A stretch of 63,860 nt of DNA, filler included, from Atractiella rhizophila (Eukaryota), in assembly GCA_021432655.1 (NCBI GenBank). It is 3 parts of 3 records of this genome, joined end to end, with 100 filler letters (N's around TTAATTAATTAA, not from the genome) between each part and the next. Parts side by side here need not be neighbours in the genome. Positions count along the whole stretch, not along the records: positions 1 to 25,254 come from MU271777.1; 2 more parts are not named here. One strand, written 5' to 3'. Positions 11,730 to 25,354 of the stretch are shown piece by piece. How positions within the stretch are numbered: position 1 is the first letter of the stretch; each line of letters begins with the position of its first letter. The notes beneath the pieces are model-generated. The model ran no database searches, was not told the DNA's origin, and saw nothing but the letters and a program-made list of their open reading frames with translations. Position numbers and translations under genes: made by a program.

Positions 11730-13706
11730 TGGCAGTGTTCCTGGGGATTGATAGCGAAGCCGATGGTTTATATGGAGTACCAGTAGGAGCAGGAGTGGCC
11801 AGAAAGGCAACTGCCGTTGGAATGTTGAATATCGAACGCATCGAACGCGTGGAGTCAAAACCACGTGTCACGTGAGAGGTTCAAAAACACACAAGAGAAA
11901 GATGGTGGTCGAGACTTGAGGAAGGAAAATGTCAATTAGGGAGTTGAGGATGATATTACAATAACGGCATGAAACCATGTGGGTTATCGAGGGTGGGTGC
12001 GTTAAAATTTTGACTGGTCTTGTAGGTATTGCAGTATCTGCTGCATGAGACTATCAAAGTTGTCTACCTTGCGTAGAGTAGAGGATGGATGTTAAAGATG
12101 CGATGGAGACGCGCTGCATACCCAATCTTGTCATTGAACCACACCTCCGTGAATTATGTGCCAGATGGTTTTATCAGTCGAGGTCCATGCTTCTTTCTCC
12201 ATTGTCTCCATGTGTTTACTCCCATAATGGGTTTCCATCATTAAAGATAACTTCATGTGTCTGACCGTCTATTAATTTAGGGATAAGAGGTGGAAGACAC
12301 ATGCTGGAGAGTTTCTTAATCTACACTGAACTCACACTTACACAGTGGTGCCCTAATGAAACTTTGGCCTCTCATGGTTTGCTAAATACTTTCATAAAGT
12401 AATCTGTGCCAGAATTGCGCGCATCGTCTGTAGAAATGGGAATACAAAGATGGCCAGCGCTTGGCATCGAAAGGTCTCAAAGTTTCATGCGAGGAACCGA
12501 CAGAAACGACGAGAAAGCATCAGGCTCATGGAACCGAACGCATGATTGGCCACTCTTCTTACATGGCCCTTCTCCATCTTTCCTAACCACGAGTCAGACG
12601 ACGCGGTTCGAAATGGAGTGTCGCAGGACGGGTCTCAGGCTGAGAATCGTTCATTCGAGTAACTGTCTTCGTTTGCTACCATAACCTCTGAGCTACATAT
12701 AAATTGTCGTTCTGTGTGTGTATTCAGTGAAATGTTCTCGCCAATGGTTCGGAGAAAAAAGGAAACATCTTGTTCTGCATCTGATATCCCACGACTGGTC
12801 GCAGGTTTAATGCGACGGAGAGAGAGAGAAAAGGATGTCAGAGGAGTTTGAGATCTAGACAAGAAAATATCATTGTTTTATGTTTACGAAGGAGATTTCG
12901 ATCTCGACATTATTCGCACACCGAAGCTATTTAGGCTGAGAGAGGCAGGGTATATAGGATCTCCTCGAGAGAAAGAACAAGCTGGGGAGAAGAAGAATGA
13001 CCACTAAAAACCCAAAAAGGCCTCGCAGATTCAAAGAATGATGAAAGAGTGTGGAAGGAAGGAGTGTGTATGAAAGGAAAAGAAAGGATGCTGTGATTCT
13101 CAGAACTCGATTGGATGGCGAAATATAGGCACAGATGAAATGTGAACAACCGAAAGAATCGAAAACAACCCGACTGATAAAGACGAAGACATTCATGCTT
13201 TTTCAAGTTAACAGCTGACGGACCTTTTGGTTGAGTGATCAGGCACTGAAGAGAAAGTCCTTCAATCAAGGAGCATGATTATTGGATTCGTGCGAAAGAT
13301 AGGTAGGTTGTAGGTAGGGTGAGAGAGTAAGGTGAGGGAGGTAACACGGGTTGACTAGGAGAAGAAGGTGTAGAGGCAATTTGATCGCGAGTGCTGAGGA
13401 ACCCGAGGAAATCAATGAAAATGCAAGACAATGGAAATGTGTACTCGATGAGGATTAAAACTGAGGAAGGAGGTACTACTGTAGGGATTCGTTACGTGTA
13501 GGATGACTGGATGGAAATGGGAGGAGAATAAGTTCTTGTGAATAAGAAGAACAGACTGAAGAACAGAAACCGCAAGGTCCCATTTCCCACGACTGAACAG
13601 AGAACTTGAAGAGAGGTCGTGAATGTATCGTGCCCATAGCCCAGGGGGGAGGAGGATGAAAATTGAACGTCAGGTGAAGGTTGGGAATCGAAAATGATAC
13701 GACTGA

Positions 13707-15704
13707 TCAACCGCATCGGCAAGTCAAAAACTTGACCAAGTTGAATCCTCCACCCTGTTGACCATTCTGACCATCATCCTGATCCATGAACTCATTCCCA
13801 TTCGTCTGACCCACCACCTCCTCCCTCTGTTGCGCCGGTCCGGCTCTCGGACTCAGACCAGGCGGTGTCATCCTCCCTTGTCCACGGGAGTACGAAGCGT
13901 CGTAGGTATCAGAGTAGCTACCTTGTTGAGTCGCATAAGGATGGAGTCCCTGACTCTGACCGCTTTGTCTCTTCGTCGGCGCAGGAACACCAGCGACGGC
14001 CACGTTCGATCCTGGCTGGCCAACCTTCGAGTTTCGTGCTCCCTTCGATCCATGACGAACGAGAGCTGGGGAGGGAGGCACGACCGCTCCACCTTGTTGG
14101 GATGCACGCTGAGCATGCCGTTCCGCTCGTTCTCGTTCTCTATCCCGATCGCGCGGCAGACCGGATTGCCGGTGGTGACGGTCGTTGTACGCTTGGGAGC
14201 TGGACAGGATCGCGCTCGTCGACTGCATACACGGGCCCTCTTCAATCCATGGCCCTTGCAGCAGAAGGAGAGGACGAGGACGAGAACGCACCGGACCAGC
14301 TTCCCATCCCTTTCCGTTGTTCAGAAGCATCCAATCATATACTCCATCCTCCGGTTCTCCCGAATTTTTCAGAACCTTAGTAAACAGTTCCCTCAAGAAA
14401 TCATAGTCGGGAGTCTCCTCGAAGCCCAACTTTCTAACATAGTTAAGATAGATGCTGAACTCCTCTATCGAATCACAAAGCCGCTCAGTTTTAAACCTCA
14501 CACCACGAACAAAAGCGAAAACGGACCGGGGAAACCCTCAGCGAGCTCCTTTATGGGAGTGCTCTGCTTCTTCTCTCCAATTTTCTCGTACTTCTGCTTG
14601 TTCGTAGCCGCCTTCAAACCTTGCCAGGGCAGCCCACCGCGAAGGAAGTACATAAAGACGTGACCGAGCGCCTCAAGGTCGTCTCTCCGACTTTGTTCTG
14701 CGTATTATGCCGCTCAGCTCTTAGACCAACACCCACACCCCATCGTGCATGGTGTGAGGAGAAAAAGAGTACGAACCTCGACCCAAATGAGTGTTGATGC
14801 TCATGTACCTAGCAGTTCCACTCAAACTCTTCCTTTCCCTATAAGGGATGTGTTGTTTCGTTTTCGGGTCTCTGTACTGCTTTGCCATACCGAAATCAAC
14901 GACGTGAATGACATTGGCGTGTTTCGTCCCCGGTCTTCCAATCAAAAAGTTGTCTGGTTTGATATCTCTATAGATCAAGTTCTTCTCGTGGATGGTCTGG
15001 ACTCGTGTTAACTGCACCAATCATCCTCGCCATGAGTTATGTTGACACGAAGATAGCTGGAGCCGACTAACCATCTGCTTGGCCGTCATGACCACTGTCT
15101 TGGTGCTGAACTTCCTGCCGCACATATCAAAGAGATCCTCGAGCGAAGGGCCGAGGAGGTCGATGACGAGGATGTTGTGTAATCCTTCCTGTCCAAAGTA
15201 ATAGACCTGCGGGACTCCGGCTACGCATTGCACTTCCGTCACTTCGCACTTCTGGAACAGAAGGGAGCAGACGCACGAGAACCAGCGAGGATTTTATATG
15301 TCCGATACTCATCCCGGAGCTGAGGAGCATCACTCTTTCTCGGTTCCTACCATCACCAACCAGCCATCCGGAAACAATCAACACCGTCTTCCTTCCAACC
15401 ATAACCTTCTCCCTTCTCTCCCAATATCACAGAGAGGAAAGACACTTACAAACTTGATAGCGACCGTTTGACTATTGAGCAGATTTGTACCTACCACCAT
15501 CAAAACCACTCAACATCACGGAGACAACGGGCCGCACAGCACGGAAGGGAAAGGGGCTAAGGATGAGGAATGTTGACAAGTACCTTCGAAAATGACACCA
15601 AAAGATCCCTCTCCAATCTTCCTTCCCACTCGGTAATGAACTCCGACTACATTGGTTGCGGAAGAAGAGGAAGAAGCTGAGTGAACTGAGTGTTGAGTCG
15701 CCAT
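13707..15704 (-). CDS. YCK1: Casein kinase I, membrane-anchored Yck1/Cki1 (gamma-like) type
   Basis: [66 protein letters not shown]-terminal KFLTCRCG Cys motif typical of lipidated isoforms. Confidence 0.95.
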
Positions 15705-16697
15705 TCCTAATCCGTTCCTTATGCGTTCTGGCATCCCAATCCGCCCGACAAACCAATTGGAAAAGTCAGAAGAGTTGTTACTCGACGAATGGAGGGTGAA
15801 GAATGGGCGGAAGGCAACTCCCTCCCCCATGCATGCGGAGCAAAATGAAATGAGGTCACTCACAGTCAATACCCTATTCCACCAAGCCAGACGACGCACT
15901 AATCCCTCCTACTAACCGGATAGATTGGAATGAGTGCGAATAAAGGCAACAAGGAGAGGATGAAATTACGTTGGTGCTAAGGGGCAGGGCAAGAAAATTC
16001 GAGGTGGAGAGGTACAAGGAAAGAATTCTCTATCGAATTATAAGGAAACTTGGGCTTTTACTGTGGTCAAAGTAAGGACACAGGGCCAACGAAGCGTACT
16101 GAGGGCGAAGGGGAAACGGAGAAATGGCGAGGTGGTCGTTGTGGAGGAGGGAACAGGAAGCGGCAAAGCAAATTTCACTGGATCACGCGGAGAGCCGGGT
16201 CACGCACCCTCAGAAGCTTTCACAAAGAATTCTCCTCGCGTTTATCCATAGACTTTCCTAAGTTTCTGCCTAATTGCTAAGCTGCAGTGGAGCTGAGAAT
16301 CCCGCGAAGTTAGAGCAGGGATCAGAGATCCCGAGAAGAGAATCCGAAAAGAAATTTACAGGGTACGGCTAAAGTATATGGCATCGAAAGAAACAGAGCT
16401 CGAGCATTTAAATCTGAATGAAGGAATGAATCGATATCTACGATATCTAGACAGAAAATGAGAATCAGGCTCCCCTGCCGCGAGGGGAGAGTAATCGAAA
16501 TCCACCGTCCACCTCAACAAACCGAATCCGAATCAAATCACAATCGTCCAATCATGTCCCTCTCGTCAACCATTTCTGTCCTCCCTTCTCTCTAAGGTTC
16601 CTCTTCCCCCCAACCATTACCGACTGCACCAAGACAGTGTCCCATGACCTCCCTGTTTGACTCGTTTGTCTCACTCGAGTATTGTATTGGTTGATGT

Positions 16698-17952
16698 TCA
16701 CAGGTCCTCCAAAGGCAAGGGCAAGCTACCCCACCTCCTCATCGCCCGGCTACTCCCACTGCTACTCCCACCGAAAAGCGATCCCAAACCAGCCTGTTCC
16801 AAGTCGGACTCGTCGAGGGGACAAGGAAACTTAGCCGAAGAATGGAACCTGCACATCAAACCGACATATCAGCACACACACACACACATCTAAGAACTCG
16901 AACGAGAAAGAGAGTGACATACGAAGGACTGATGCTAAACAGGACGACTTTAATCTTCAACGTCAATTTATAATCGACCTCCAAATCGGTAGCCTTCTGA
17001 CCCGTGAATCCGCACTTTTTGATCAAGTCCTGGAGGATCTGGAGGGAAGGATCGAGGGAAGAAGTGTAGTTGATGGAGAAGGGGAAGTGGATGGTATTGT
17101 TCGAATGAGACGGGATAGTCACATCATTCAAACTCCCTCCTCCGAGAGCGACGTCGTCGAAACCTGGATAATACGCTTGCGCGGTGATCTTTTCGAAGGA
17201 GGCACCGAAGACTGTCCATCCAGTTGAAGTCAGTTGAGTTCTGGAGAGGTTTAGGACGGAGAAAACGCACAGTTGGGGTTCACGACTCCGATCTAGATTA
17301 TAACACTTAACTTGCTGCAGTCCGGAAGACACAGGAAAGACATACGTTTAGGTTGAAGTTGAGCATGAACCCGGAATTGACGACTTGTACTTCTGATCCA
17401 TTGCTCGGTGGTTCGATACCATTGAACTGAACATTAGGAGGGCGGACCCATACTGTCTCTCCATCATTCACAATCCCGAACGAGAACAAGAGAGAGCATA
17501 CACAAGAATCCAGCGACGATACCGACAAGCAAGATGACGATGACGACGATAGTACAACAACAGCACCTCCCAATCATCCTCTTCCTCCCGCCCTTCATAA
17601 ACTCACCCTGATGTTCTTCCTGCCTCCACATCCTCAGTCCCTCCTTCTTCGGGATAGTTCCCTCCGCAGCCGCGAACGCCGCCACGCTTCCTCTGTTCGG
17701 ATGGAAACGAGGAGGAGGGAGGTCAGGTTCGAACCCCTTCTCGCGCGCCGAGGCGTACTCGTCCGCCATGGTCAGTGTGGACGATTTCTCTTCCCCGTAG
17801 TATCCGGGTGAGTTGTGGTATCCTGGGGACGGCGGGGGAGGCGCATTGTGGTAGCTCCCGCCGGGAGACGGAGGTGGGTAGGAGTAGTCGACTTGGTGGG
17901 AGGAGTAGTATTGCGGGGTGGCGTAGTTGTCTTGGTGGTGTTGGTATGACAT
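16698..17952 (-). CDS. Single-pass membrane protein with a Cys cluster and an LEA_2-like beta domain
   Basis: Tyr/Pro-rich N-terminus, GRCCCC before a TM helix, then WVRPPNVQF...FEKITAQAYYPG...FPFSINY...KKCG...FPCP. Family assignment is from memory. Confidence 0.65.
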
Positions 17953-18181
17953 ATTCGCTGCTTAATTAATTAATGACAATAAGCAGGAATAGTCGTAATG
18001 CTGCGTAAGAAAGAGGGAGGGAAGGAGCGACGAGGTGGGAGTTAGCAGTGTTTGTCCTGATTTGTTTGGCACAGCACTATATTTCCGCCCGTCGCATTTA
18101 TCTATGACCTCACCATCAAGTCCCAGCAATCTAGCAAGCTAGGAGGCACAACTCTGCCACGAAACAGCGATAAAGAGAAAT

Positions 18182-21100
18182 ATGAAAGCACTCTTTGGAA
18201 AAAAGAAGAGGCAGTCATCCACCTCCAGTCCTTCCACCAAATTCTCCCTTCTCCCTTCCCCACGTCTCCCTCCCGCCTTCGCCATGTCATCCAGCACCCT
18301 CTCGCCCTTGCCTCACAAGAACTTGTTAGTGTCTGTCGGCAAGGAAGGAGTAGTCATCAGGAACGCAGTCAAAGGTGGAGAGGCAGTCGTGTGTCGATGG
18401 ACTGCTAGAGGGGAGGATGCAAAGTTGGAGCTTTTGGAAGGTGAACAGGAAGATCGAGGGGGAGAGGGAGATGGACCGCGGTGCGAGTGTGATGGGATTG
18501 TAGGACTCTTGAAACTCTTTAACGGTGCGTCATCTCTACCTTGCGTCCGTCTTTGCCTCAACGTTAATCTTTCCCACTTAACTGAGATTGCCCATCAAGC
18601 GATCTTGCTTGCTTTTGATGGTTGTTACCTGTTTGCTCCGGAATTCTGAAAGAGCAACACCGGAATCTACAGTATTCTAATCTCCATACAATCAAGTTGT
18701 CTTCCTCCTGAGCACACGAAGGGATGACATGGAGAGAGAGAGAAGATGATAGATGACGTCATGCTCCTCTTGCCAGGGCAGAAGCATTAAGCAGTAGATC
18801 TGATATGTTTGTCTTGTCTTTTGACTTTCCTTCATTGCCTGCAATGCATTTAAGAGTTATGAGAATATAAAAGCAGCAATGATGGTGCAATGTTTCAGAA
18901 GCTGATCATCATTTTGCAGATACCTATCTTCTTTGCATCTCCGCTTCTCACACAGTAGCGACCCTTCCCTCCCCTTCATCCTCACCAACGAACCCCAACT
19001 CTCACCGGATCAGAAAGATCGACCAAATTCTCGCGATCCCCTTGAACTCTTCTCGCGCATTACCAGCCTTACAAAAGCATATAGAGCGTTTGGCACAACT
19101 GCGATCATCACAGGCACCCGCGAAGGCTGCCGTACCCCAGACGCCCACAGAAGAGAAAGATCCAGAAGTCGGGATGACGGATGCAGAAGCTACAGAGACG
19201 GAGGACGAAACTGAGACTGAGAGCGAGAACAAGATGGAGAAGCCAAAACGTCCGACCCAACTCACAAAACTCTTGTGGCGTTCTAACTCCCGTCGTTCCG
19301 TCAGAGATGGAGTCACAAGGTTGGGATCCCTTCCGCTCCCTCCATCGCCTCCGAACGAGAAAGAGGAAGCACCTGAGAAGGACCCAAAGCAACCGGACCC
19401 CTCTGCAGATGTGGAGAAGGACGAGAACGAAGAACAGCCTGTCGTACAGGTCAAGGATAACTCGCCGTCTCAGGTGGTCGCTGAACCAAGCTCGACAGAA
19501 CCACCTGTCCAACCGACTTCGAATACGAGTGGACCTGAAAAGCCACCGTCGCAGGTGGAATTGGACCAGAAGATCCTCAGAGAAACGATTCGAGAGTTCA
19601 AGGGGATGTACTTTAGCCCGGACTTTGATGTGACCAATTCCCTTCAGCGAAGATTAGGGTCTACGTTGACTCGTTCGTCTGCCACGGAGGTGAAGGATCC
19701 GAAGATGGGAAAGGGGGAATCGAAGTCGTCCTCGTCTTCAGATGGGAGGCGGACGTCGTCCGCTGAGAATCCCCTCATACCGTTGTGGAGGAAGAGCGAC
19801 AAACGGTTCTTCTGGAACCTCAATCTCGTCAAACCACTCATCAGCGCAGGCGTGAGCATCATTTTCCCCTCGGTCCTTGATGAATCCGCTGACACGAGTC
19901 GCACAGCTCCATTCTTTCATCTATCCTATTCAACAAGGATTCGTCTCCTACGCCGCTCTCGCATTGCCCTCTCAACCTGAACTTGAAGCCGAGCTCATAA
20001 TCATTAGTCGAAGAAGCGCTGAGAGAGCCGGATTGCGATACCTTCGACGAGGGGCGAACCAAGATGGGGAAACTGCCAATTTCGTCGAAACCGAAATGAT
20101 CCTTGTCACAGAGGTGCGTCTGCTACTCGTTGGTTTATTTTAACTTAGTTGGACGACAGAGAGAGGGCAAAAAGCACTTTTCTAGCTTTGTCCAAACTCG
20201 TGGTTCCATCCCCGTTTATTGGTCTCAGGTTTGCATTCTCCCTCTCCCCAACCGAGGAGGCGCACCATGTTAATAGTTATCGCCAGTCCCCATGGTCCCT
20301 TAAACCAGTCCCGATCATCGAACGAACACCTGCAGATAGACTTGCCGCCCTCACAGCCCATTTCGAAAGTCAGACGTCGATCTATGGACGACAAGTGATC
20401 GTCAATCTTGCTGAGCAACATGGCAAGGAAGGCGTAATAGTCCAAGAATACGAAGACAGAGTGAAGGAGATGGGGAGAGACGACGTCAAGTATTTCGCTT
20501 GGGATTTCCATAAGGAGACGAGGGGGATGAAATACGAAAATATTGCGCTGCTAGGCGCCGAGCTTAAGAAAGATTTGCAGGACATCGGGTTTGTCGATTA
20601 CACTTTCTGCTTCATCTTGTGTTTAAAGGAGCTTATCGCAGATCCTTCTGGTTCTCTGATGGAGATGTCCTTGCAACTCAGAATGGTGTGTTCAGGACCA
20701 ATTGTATGGACTGCCTCGATCGCACGAACGTCGTCCAGGTAAGCCTCCAGTTTTCAATATGCCACATGAATGCATTGAAATATTGTAAACAGTCAGCTCT
20801 TTCGCGTTGGATGCTCACCTTAGAGTTTGAGAGACTGGGAGTGTCCATTTCAGACGATCCGTCGAAGCACGAGGAGCTCGATAAGATCCTCAATGTCATG
20901 TGGGCCGACAATGGGGATGCCATATCTCGACATTATGCAGGTACAAGCGCCTTGAAGGGGGATTTTACTAGGACTGGAAAACGCAACTGGCGTGGGATGG
21001 TGAGATTGCTTCAATGTTATTCCAGGCGTTGATTCTTGGTGTAGGTTAACGATGCGACGAATTCTCTGGCCAGGATGTTCCAAAATACAGTAGCGGACTA

Positions 21101-22173
21101 CTTTAAACAGGCAGGCTTTATTCTTATGGCTTTCTCAATATCTGACTTGTGAACGTTGTGACCGTGAACAGTCAGTCATAGACTACTTCCTCGGCGTCAA
21201 CCTCAGCCCCGCGAACTTCTATTCCCTCACCTCGCTGGGTGCGGATCCTGGCGAACTCCTTCGACTGACCAACATTCGAAAATTGGCGATCGACACTGTT
21301 GCGCAGGAATGTATGGAGGCAGAGGAGACAAAGATAGGAGGATGGACTATGCTCAGTCCCACTGAGAGGGACCGAGTAAGGAGCGATCACTATGAGGAGA
21401 AGGTTCTGTTGATGACCGAGAAAGCGCTTTATGTCGCCAGTTACGAATACAGCCTGCAAAAGGTCCGTCACGGTCTGATCAAGGGAAACTGTCAAATCTG
21501 AAAACTAACAGGTCAGAGAGTTCGTTCGGATCCCCTTGATCGATATCACTCGCATTCAGAGAGGCGAGCGCTCTACCATTTCTACCGTCATTTTCATTGA
21601 CCACTGAATTTAACAGGCAGTTACATCCTCTCTTCGCTCGACGCGTCAGCGCGGGATGGGGAAGAGAACTACGGCTTCATTGTCTTCTACAGCCCCCACG
21701 ACTCTGTCAGTCGGGCTCGCACCTATACCATTCGGAATAAGAATAGATCTCGAGCTTCATCCACACCTTCAACACCACCAACACCTTCCGACTTGGTGGC
21801 AGGTGGCGCTGTGGAGCATTCCTTCGCGTTCAAAGCCATGCGAAAGGATCTGATCCGCATCGCTGCCACTGGGTCGTTTTTCGCCAATACGAAGAATAGC
21901 GCACTACCAATGTACCCGGAAGACGAACCTGGAAAGACTGGCAAAGATAGTGTTGGATTGCTGGTCGAGAAGATCCAGAAGGAATGCATCAGAGTTGGTG
22001 GTACAAGTGAGGAAGACAAGGAATTTGTGGTGGAGAAGGATATAATCAGGTCCGTCATTGCTTTACAAATTTGGATAAGTTCATTTTTGTCCTATAGTTT
22101 GACTGATGCCGAGAATGCTACGTCAATCATCACGAGGATAACGCACAATCTCAAATCGTACATCTGGTTATAA
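18182..22173 (+). CDS. Sac-domain phosphoinositide phosphatase with C-terminal hSac2 domain (Sac2/INPP5F-like)
   Basis: RFFWN, ISRRSAERAGLRYLRRG, ANFVETE, catalytic RTNCMDCLDRTN, WADNGDAISRHYAGTSALKGDFTRTGKR; hSac2-like EEKVLLMTEKALYVASYEY. Confidence 0.9.
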
Positions 22174-22309
22174 ATAGCGAGGGATCTCGAAGATGTTATT
22201 TATTTTCAAAGCTAGCAAACACGAACAGGCTGCAAGTTATGTTGAGGTACGATTCCTTTGATAGATTTCGAGTACAAGTACAGTAAATTTCCAACGCCAT
22301 ATTTTCTTA

Positions 22310-23689
22310 CTAAGCGTACTTTTCTATCTCTAACTCCCTTCGTTGGAAGTCAACCATGAACCCACAGCATACTTGAATCTGCTCTAAAGTGACAGCGTTA
22401 TATGACGAAATCCTAATGCCTACTCCTCCTAGTCAGAACAATGTCTCTAAATAGTGGACAAGGAAACGAACCTCCAACATCACGATGACCCTTGATTTGT
22501 TTCAGTCCAACTTTCTCGCCATCAGTCAAAAACCTCTTCTCTCTCTCCTCCCTCCTCCCTTGATCGTGAAGCAAATATTTAGCCTGCTTCTCTGCTCTCC
22601 CTTTTTGATTGTTGGAATGTAGAATCCTTCACTGTTGTCAATAACGTCGTACAACTTGTGAAACTTCTGGGAGCATAGCTGTTCGTAATATTCCAAACCG
22701 CCTTTGGCGAGGACATGCTTGAGAAAGAGACCGCAGATGTAAATTGAGAAGACAGGAGGGGTGTTGTGGAGTGATTGCGTGCGAGAATGTAGATGGTAAG
22801 ACATCGCCGAAGGAATTGGCTGAGCCCCATGCGCCACGGCTGCATCGGGGTTGACTGTCAAGACAAAATGAGCATTAATCGAGCCATAATAGCGTGCATG
22901 AGAAAACGACGAACCAATCAAGTCCTCTCGTACAAACACCACTGTGACTCCAGTTGGACCAATATTTTTTTGGGCACCTGCGAATATGATACCAAATTTT
23001 GACCAGTCGATTTTGCGCGTCAAAATGTTGCTCGACATATCACTCACGAGTGGCACTTCCTTGGTACTGTACGGCAGCTTGTCAAATGGAAAAGAGGGCG
23101 AGTATTCGAGTCCTTGGATCGTCTCGTTATCGCACATGTATACAAAAGCTGGCGGTTTTTGAGCATCGTCGGGACTGGAGAAGCGCCATTCATCGGTTGG
23201 AGGGATGGTTGAAAATCCGTTCGATTCACCCGAACAGACGACATTGACTTTGAATCCCAGCCTCTTCGCTTCTTGAGCCGACTTCGAACTCCAAGCGCCA
23301 GTAATGCAGAAATCGGCGACGAGCGGTTCGACATCTTCCTTGGTCTCGTTGTATTTCATCTTGTACCAGCTCATCAAGTTCATGCACACCGCACCAAATT
23401 GACCCGTTCCGCCTCCTTGCATCCATAGGATCTTGAAATTCGAAGGGACTTTGAGGATTGTTCGAAGATCATCTGTAGCCTCTTTGATGATCTTGTCGAA
23501 TTCTTTCGAGCGGTGAGAAATCTCGAGGATTCCAATTCCGGTTTGAGCGAAGTCGAGCAGGGAAGGGATTGAGGCTGTAATAACCTCGGTAGGAATGGGA
23601 CAGGGTCCTGAATTGAGATTGATCGTTTTCGACCTCCGGGTCAGAGGTTCTCGTTGGAGCAGTGGTTCGTCAATTTGTTCTCCCTCCAT
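22310..23689 (-). CDS. SER1: Phosphoserine aminotransferase (apparent 1-nt frameshift near 22551)
   Basis: NLNSGP, SHRS, GGGTGQF, CDNETIQG, DMSS, PLP-lysine motif AGAQKNIGPTG, NTPPVFSIY, RSRLN; C-terminal KGHRDVGGIRISSYNAV. Confidence 0.93.
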
Positions 23690-23956
23690 TTCGTTCCTGT
23701 TAATTCGTTAGTACCTCTTCCACGCCCTACCACTTTGAACACATACCAAAAAATGTCGTCTGTGCTGACTCCTGCTGAGTTCTGCTGGGTTTTGCGACTT
23801 GTCGATCGATCGTCCTCGTCCGGACATCAGACACAGCTCGGAACCGCAGTGACCGGGCGGACATTCGGGAATGTCGAAGTTGCCACGTAGCACAGATTCT
23901 TTTCAAAAGCAGCGGCTGGCTGAGCATCCCCATCCCAAACCACATCCACTACCACA

Positions 23957-25254
23957 ATGAAGTCTCAACTTCTCGTCGCCGGTGCAATCTTGCAATCCTC
24001 CCTCGTCCTCGCTGACGCTTCTGCCGTCAAGGTAGGCATTCATTCGTCCTCAGAATTGTAAACTAACAGTTTGTCGTGGAGCAGACCTCGTCCGTTTCTG
24101 GATTCTTCGTTGAACAATTCCAGGATGGAGATTGGGAGAACAAATGGTCTCCTTCGGAAGCAACGAAGGAGGGATACGGAGGAGGAGAGACGATGCAATA
24201 CAGTGAGGCTTTCTTCTTGGATGCCATTGGGAATACGAATATTGAAGAGTCTCGTAGGCGGAGTGTGGAACGTCGAGGAGCCCACAGTGTACCCTGGATT
24301 GAAAGGTGACAAGGGTCTCGTGGTAAAGTCGACTGCAACCCACCACGCCATCTCGGTGCCTTTCGCCTCCAAGCTCGATCCCAAGGGAAAGAAGAGCTTT
24401 GTCGTCCAATACGAGGTCAAACTTCAGAAGGGACTTGACTGCGGTGGAGCTTATATCAAGCTTTTGACTGATGGCGAAGAAGGCATTCAGGCTAAGGTAT
24501 GTACCCTTTTTTTGGTTCTTGAGGACGAACACGTGTTGACGTGTTGTATTTCATCGAACGCAGGAGTTCTCAGACAAGACACCATACACCGTGATGTTTG
24601 GACCCGACAAGTGCGGTGGAACTCAGAAAGTCCACCTCATCATCCGTCACCAGAATCCCCTCACTGGCGAGTTCCAAGAAAAACACTTGAAGAACCCGCC
24701 TATGCCTAAGACCGATAAATTAACTAATCTATACACACTTATCATTAAGTGAGCATTTTCGTATGTCCTGTGTAGGGAAAACAGGCTGAAAGAGAAATAG
24801 CGATGACCAGACGTATGAAATCAAGATTAACGATGAGTCCGCCAAGTCTGGATCCCTCTTGGAGGACTTCCAACCTCCCTTCAACCCACCCAAGGAGATT
24901 GATGATCCCGAGGACTCTAAACCCGAGGATTGGATTGACAACCCCAAGATGGTCGACGTAAGCACCACTTTACCCCTGTCTGAGTCGTTCTCATCCGCCT
25001 TTTCGTCCAGCCTGACGCAGTTAAGCCTGATGATTGGGATGAGGATGCTCCTATGGAGATCCCTGATGAAGAAGCCGAGAAGCCTGAAGGATGGCTTGAC
25101 AACGAACCCGCGACGATCCCCGATCCTGATGCCGAGGTCCGTTTCTTCCCCTTAGTCGACAGGAAGGCATGCTGATGCCAGTTCAGAAACCCGAAGAGTG
25201 GGACGATGATGAAGATGGAGATTGGATCGCTCCTTCCGTTCCTAACCCCAAGTG
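23957..25254 (+). CDS. CNE1: Calnexin, 3'-truncated by the contig end
   Basis: Signal peptide [49 protein letters not shown] and P-domain repeats ([35 protein letters not shown]). Confidence 0.93.
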
Positions 25255-25354
25255 NNNNNNNNNNNNNNNNNNNNNNNNNNNNNNNNNNNNNNNNNNNNTT
25301 AATTAATTAANNNNNNNNNNNNNNNNNNNNNNNNNNNNNNNNNNNNNNNNNNNN
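25255..25354. other. Artificial contig spacer (N44-TTAATTAATTAA-N44)
   Basis: Fixed 100-bp spacer with a six-frame stop linker; genes on both sides are truncated. Confidence 0.97.

Noticed and set aside
13758..14663. 301-aa plus-strand ORF opposite casein kinase I
   Set aside because: Antisense shadow of the kinase exons.
25299..25310. TTAATTAATTAA palindrome (also at 50572-50583) as a biological element
   Set aside because: It is a six-frame stop linker inside fixed N44 flanks, i.e. an assembly spacer. Gene adjacency across it is unsupported.
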